From: Chiloscyllium plagiosum
Lineage: Eukaryota
DNA length: 64,000 nt
Direction of reading: 5' to 3'
Assembly: GCF_004010195.1 (NCBI RefSeq)
Contig: NC_057719.1
Location: 56,841,187-56,905,186, forward strand
The number at the start of each line of letters is the position of its first letter. Positions within the stretch are counted from its first letter, which is position 1. Below are positions 62,101-64,000 of the stretch, piece after piece. A model generated the notes under the pieces. That model did not search any database. It saw only the letters and a program-made list of their open reading frames with translations, and had not been told where the DNA came from. The translations under genes and the position numbers were made by a program.

Positions 62101-63390
62101 GGCAGATAATATTCTGTAGGGTTATTATCTAAAAGATAATATCCTAAGATAGAAATAGAGACCACAGCAGGTTAGTGCAGAGGAGAAATGGGCTGATGTG
62201 CATCAGGTTGCGTTGCTGGTAGCATACAGACAGATGGTGTTATGGGTAGCACATGAACTACCTGTAGATGGTCACCTAGGGGTACGAAAGACTCAGAGTA
62301 AGGTACAAAAACATTTTTATCAACATCCACCAGAGGAAATACTCCACAATCAAAAAGGAACTATTGAGTTTGGTGCTGGCCTTCCAACATTTTAATGTGT
62401 AGGTCATGAACAATGTGTCAGCGACGGTTGTGTACACGGATCACAATCCGCTTACATTCTTAGAACATTTTAAAGACAAGAATATGAGACTATTTCATTG
62501 GAGTCTTATGTTACAGACTTTTAATGTAAAAATCATACATGTTGCAGGTCATAAGAATGTAATCGCAGGTGCGTTATCGTGGATTTAACTGATAATGTTT
62601 AGATGAGATTTGTATTTATTTAATGTTTTGTATCTATACAGGTATATGGGAATAAGTTAAGGTGAGCTTATATAAAATTTATTTGTATGTTAAGGTAATG
62701 TATTTTAAAAAAAAGAAAAAAGAAGCCATCTTTTCATTATGATGGTTCATTTTTTTCTTAAGGGGGAGGTGTTATGAAGATGTGAGTGGACTCTACCTTT
62801 AAGAAAGTTATTAGCTAGTAGAACTATCTGACAGAACCAAGTGTTCTGAAAAGAAATGTAACATTTGATCAAACAACTTGATTAGCTGGTTGCCTGGAGA
62901 CAAAAACAGATTCGAATTCGGCCGATCATTTTAAATTATATCCCCAAAAAATACCAATTCCAATCAAGTTTGAAATCAGTATCGTGACAAGCTTAAAAGC
63001 CAATGACCCAATCTGGGGGTATAAGATTGGGGAAAATTGAACTGTTGGGAGGAGAACTGCCAAACCAGCATGTGGAGACTGGCCAAAAAAACCTTTCTTA
63101 AAAGTACCTTTATGATCAGTAATCTGGAAAGCAGAATCCCCAAGAAGAAAAGAAGACCGGAATAGAGAGGAGAACTGAAAGCTGCCTGGTTTTGAGATAA
63201 GGAGTCTTGTTTTGTAAATCTTAATCTGGGGTTTTATCAGACTAGTATTGTTGAAGGGGAAGGCGAAAGATAGATTAGAGAAAGGACTTGTAAATAGCTG
63301 TTAGTTAATTATTCTCTGTCATACTTTAAGAAATAAAGTTGTTAATTTTTACTTGGCCTTAGCCTCTCAAAGTTTCACAGATTACTGCAC
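59158..63390 (+). mobile_element. Degenerate, internally deleted Gypsy LTR retrotransposon of Gmr1-like organisation
   Basis: 5' LTR ~59158-59866 (ends tgtaaca); PBS tgggggctc at 59870 (tRNA-Pro-like); gag from ATG 60104 with SCAN-like region and degenerate zinc knuckle; protease ILRDTGS near 61460; integrase H2C2 AHE...GHLGVRKT; RNase H YTDHNPL; PPT aagggggagg; 3' LTR from 62770, truncated near 63390. Confidence 0.85.
61545..61655 (-). mobile_element. SINE 3' fragment nested in the Gypsy protease region
   Basis: ttagattacttacagtgtggaaacaggcccttcggcccaac matches the SINE tail at 3476 and 48150-48210. Confidence 0.8.
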
Positions 63391-63399
63391 GTTGAGCTG

Positions 63400-64000
63400 C
63401 TAGAGATGGGGGAAGGTAGTAACCGAGTATTTTGTATCAGTGTTTACTGTGGAGAAGGATGTGGAAATACAGAATGTGGGGAAATAGAGGGAGACATCTT
63501 GAAAAATTTCCACATTACAGAGGTGGTGGTGCTGAATGTCTTAAAACACTTAAAGGTGGATAAATCCTCAGGACCTGAACAGATACACCCGCGAATTCTG
63601 TGGGATGCGATTGTTAGGCCCCTTGCTGAGATATTTGTATTATCAATAGTCACGGATGAGGAGCAAGGAAGACTGGAGTTGGCTAAGTGGTAAGGAAAAG
63701 CCAGGGAACTATAGACCGGTGAGCCTGACGTTGATGGTGGGCAGGTTGTTGGAGGAAATCCTGAAGGACAGGATTTACATGTATTTGGAAAGACAATGAC
63801 TGGTTAAAGATAGTCAACATGGCTTTGTGTGTGGGAAATCATGTCTCATTAACTTGATTGAGTTTCTTTAAGTAGTAATGAAGGGGACTGATGAGGGCAG
63901 AGCGGTGGACATGATCTATTTGGACGTCAATAAGGCATTTGACAAGGTTCCTCACGGTAGACTGGTAAGCAAGGTTAGATCTCATGGATTACAGGGAGAA
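63400..64000 (+). mobile_element. CR1 LINE ORF2 fragment running off the window end
   Basis: KVDKSSGPEQIHPRIL, NYRPVSL, GKSCL and AFDKVPH motifs. Confidence 0.85.

Noticed and set aside
1..64000. CRISPR array, operon, or a prokaryotic defence/retron system
   Set aside because: There is no regularly spaced repeat-spacer array or dense ORF packing. The sequence is spliced eukaryotic DNA and all RT motifs belong to retrotransposons.

Overview
Vertebrate genomic DNA, most likely from a shark, inferred from the repeat content (HE1/V-SINE-like SINEs, abundant CR1 LINEs, Penelope-like elements). The whole window lies inside one minus-strand gene, RALGAPA1 (Ral GTPase-activating protein catalytic alpha-1). 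I reconstructed 13 internal coding exons by hand (55909 down to 12955; 1698 nt, 566 codons, one open frame). One intron has a non-canonical GC-AG donor. Neither the start nor the end of the gene is visible. The introns are mostly mobile DNA: many CR1 LINE fragments (one near full length), a split Rex1/Babar-like LINE, several Penelope-like (GIY-YIG) families, a hAT-type MITE and SINEs. There is also an internally deleted Gmr1-like Gypsy LTR element with a SCAN-like gag, integrase placed before RNase H, and discordant LTRs. The most unusual observation is a ~3-kb unit at 154-3178. Two identical 176-bp Penelope-derived direct repeats, each with a minimal hammerhead-ribozyme core, bracket ~2.4 kb of non-coding cargo, and the unit is bounded by a 14/15-nt target-duplication-like pair. 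This resembles a cargo-carrying retrozyme or PLE transduction. All calls were made by eye with no database search. Repeat family names and most repeat boundaries are approximate.
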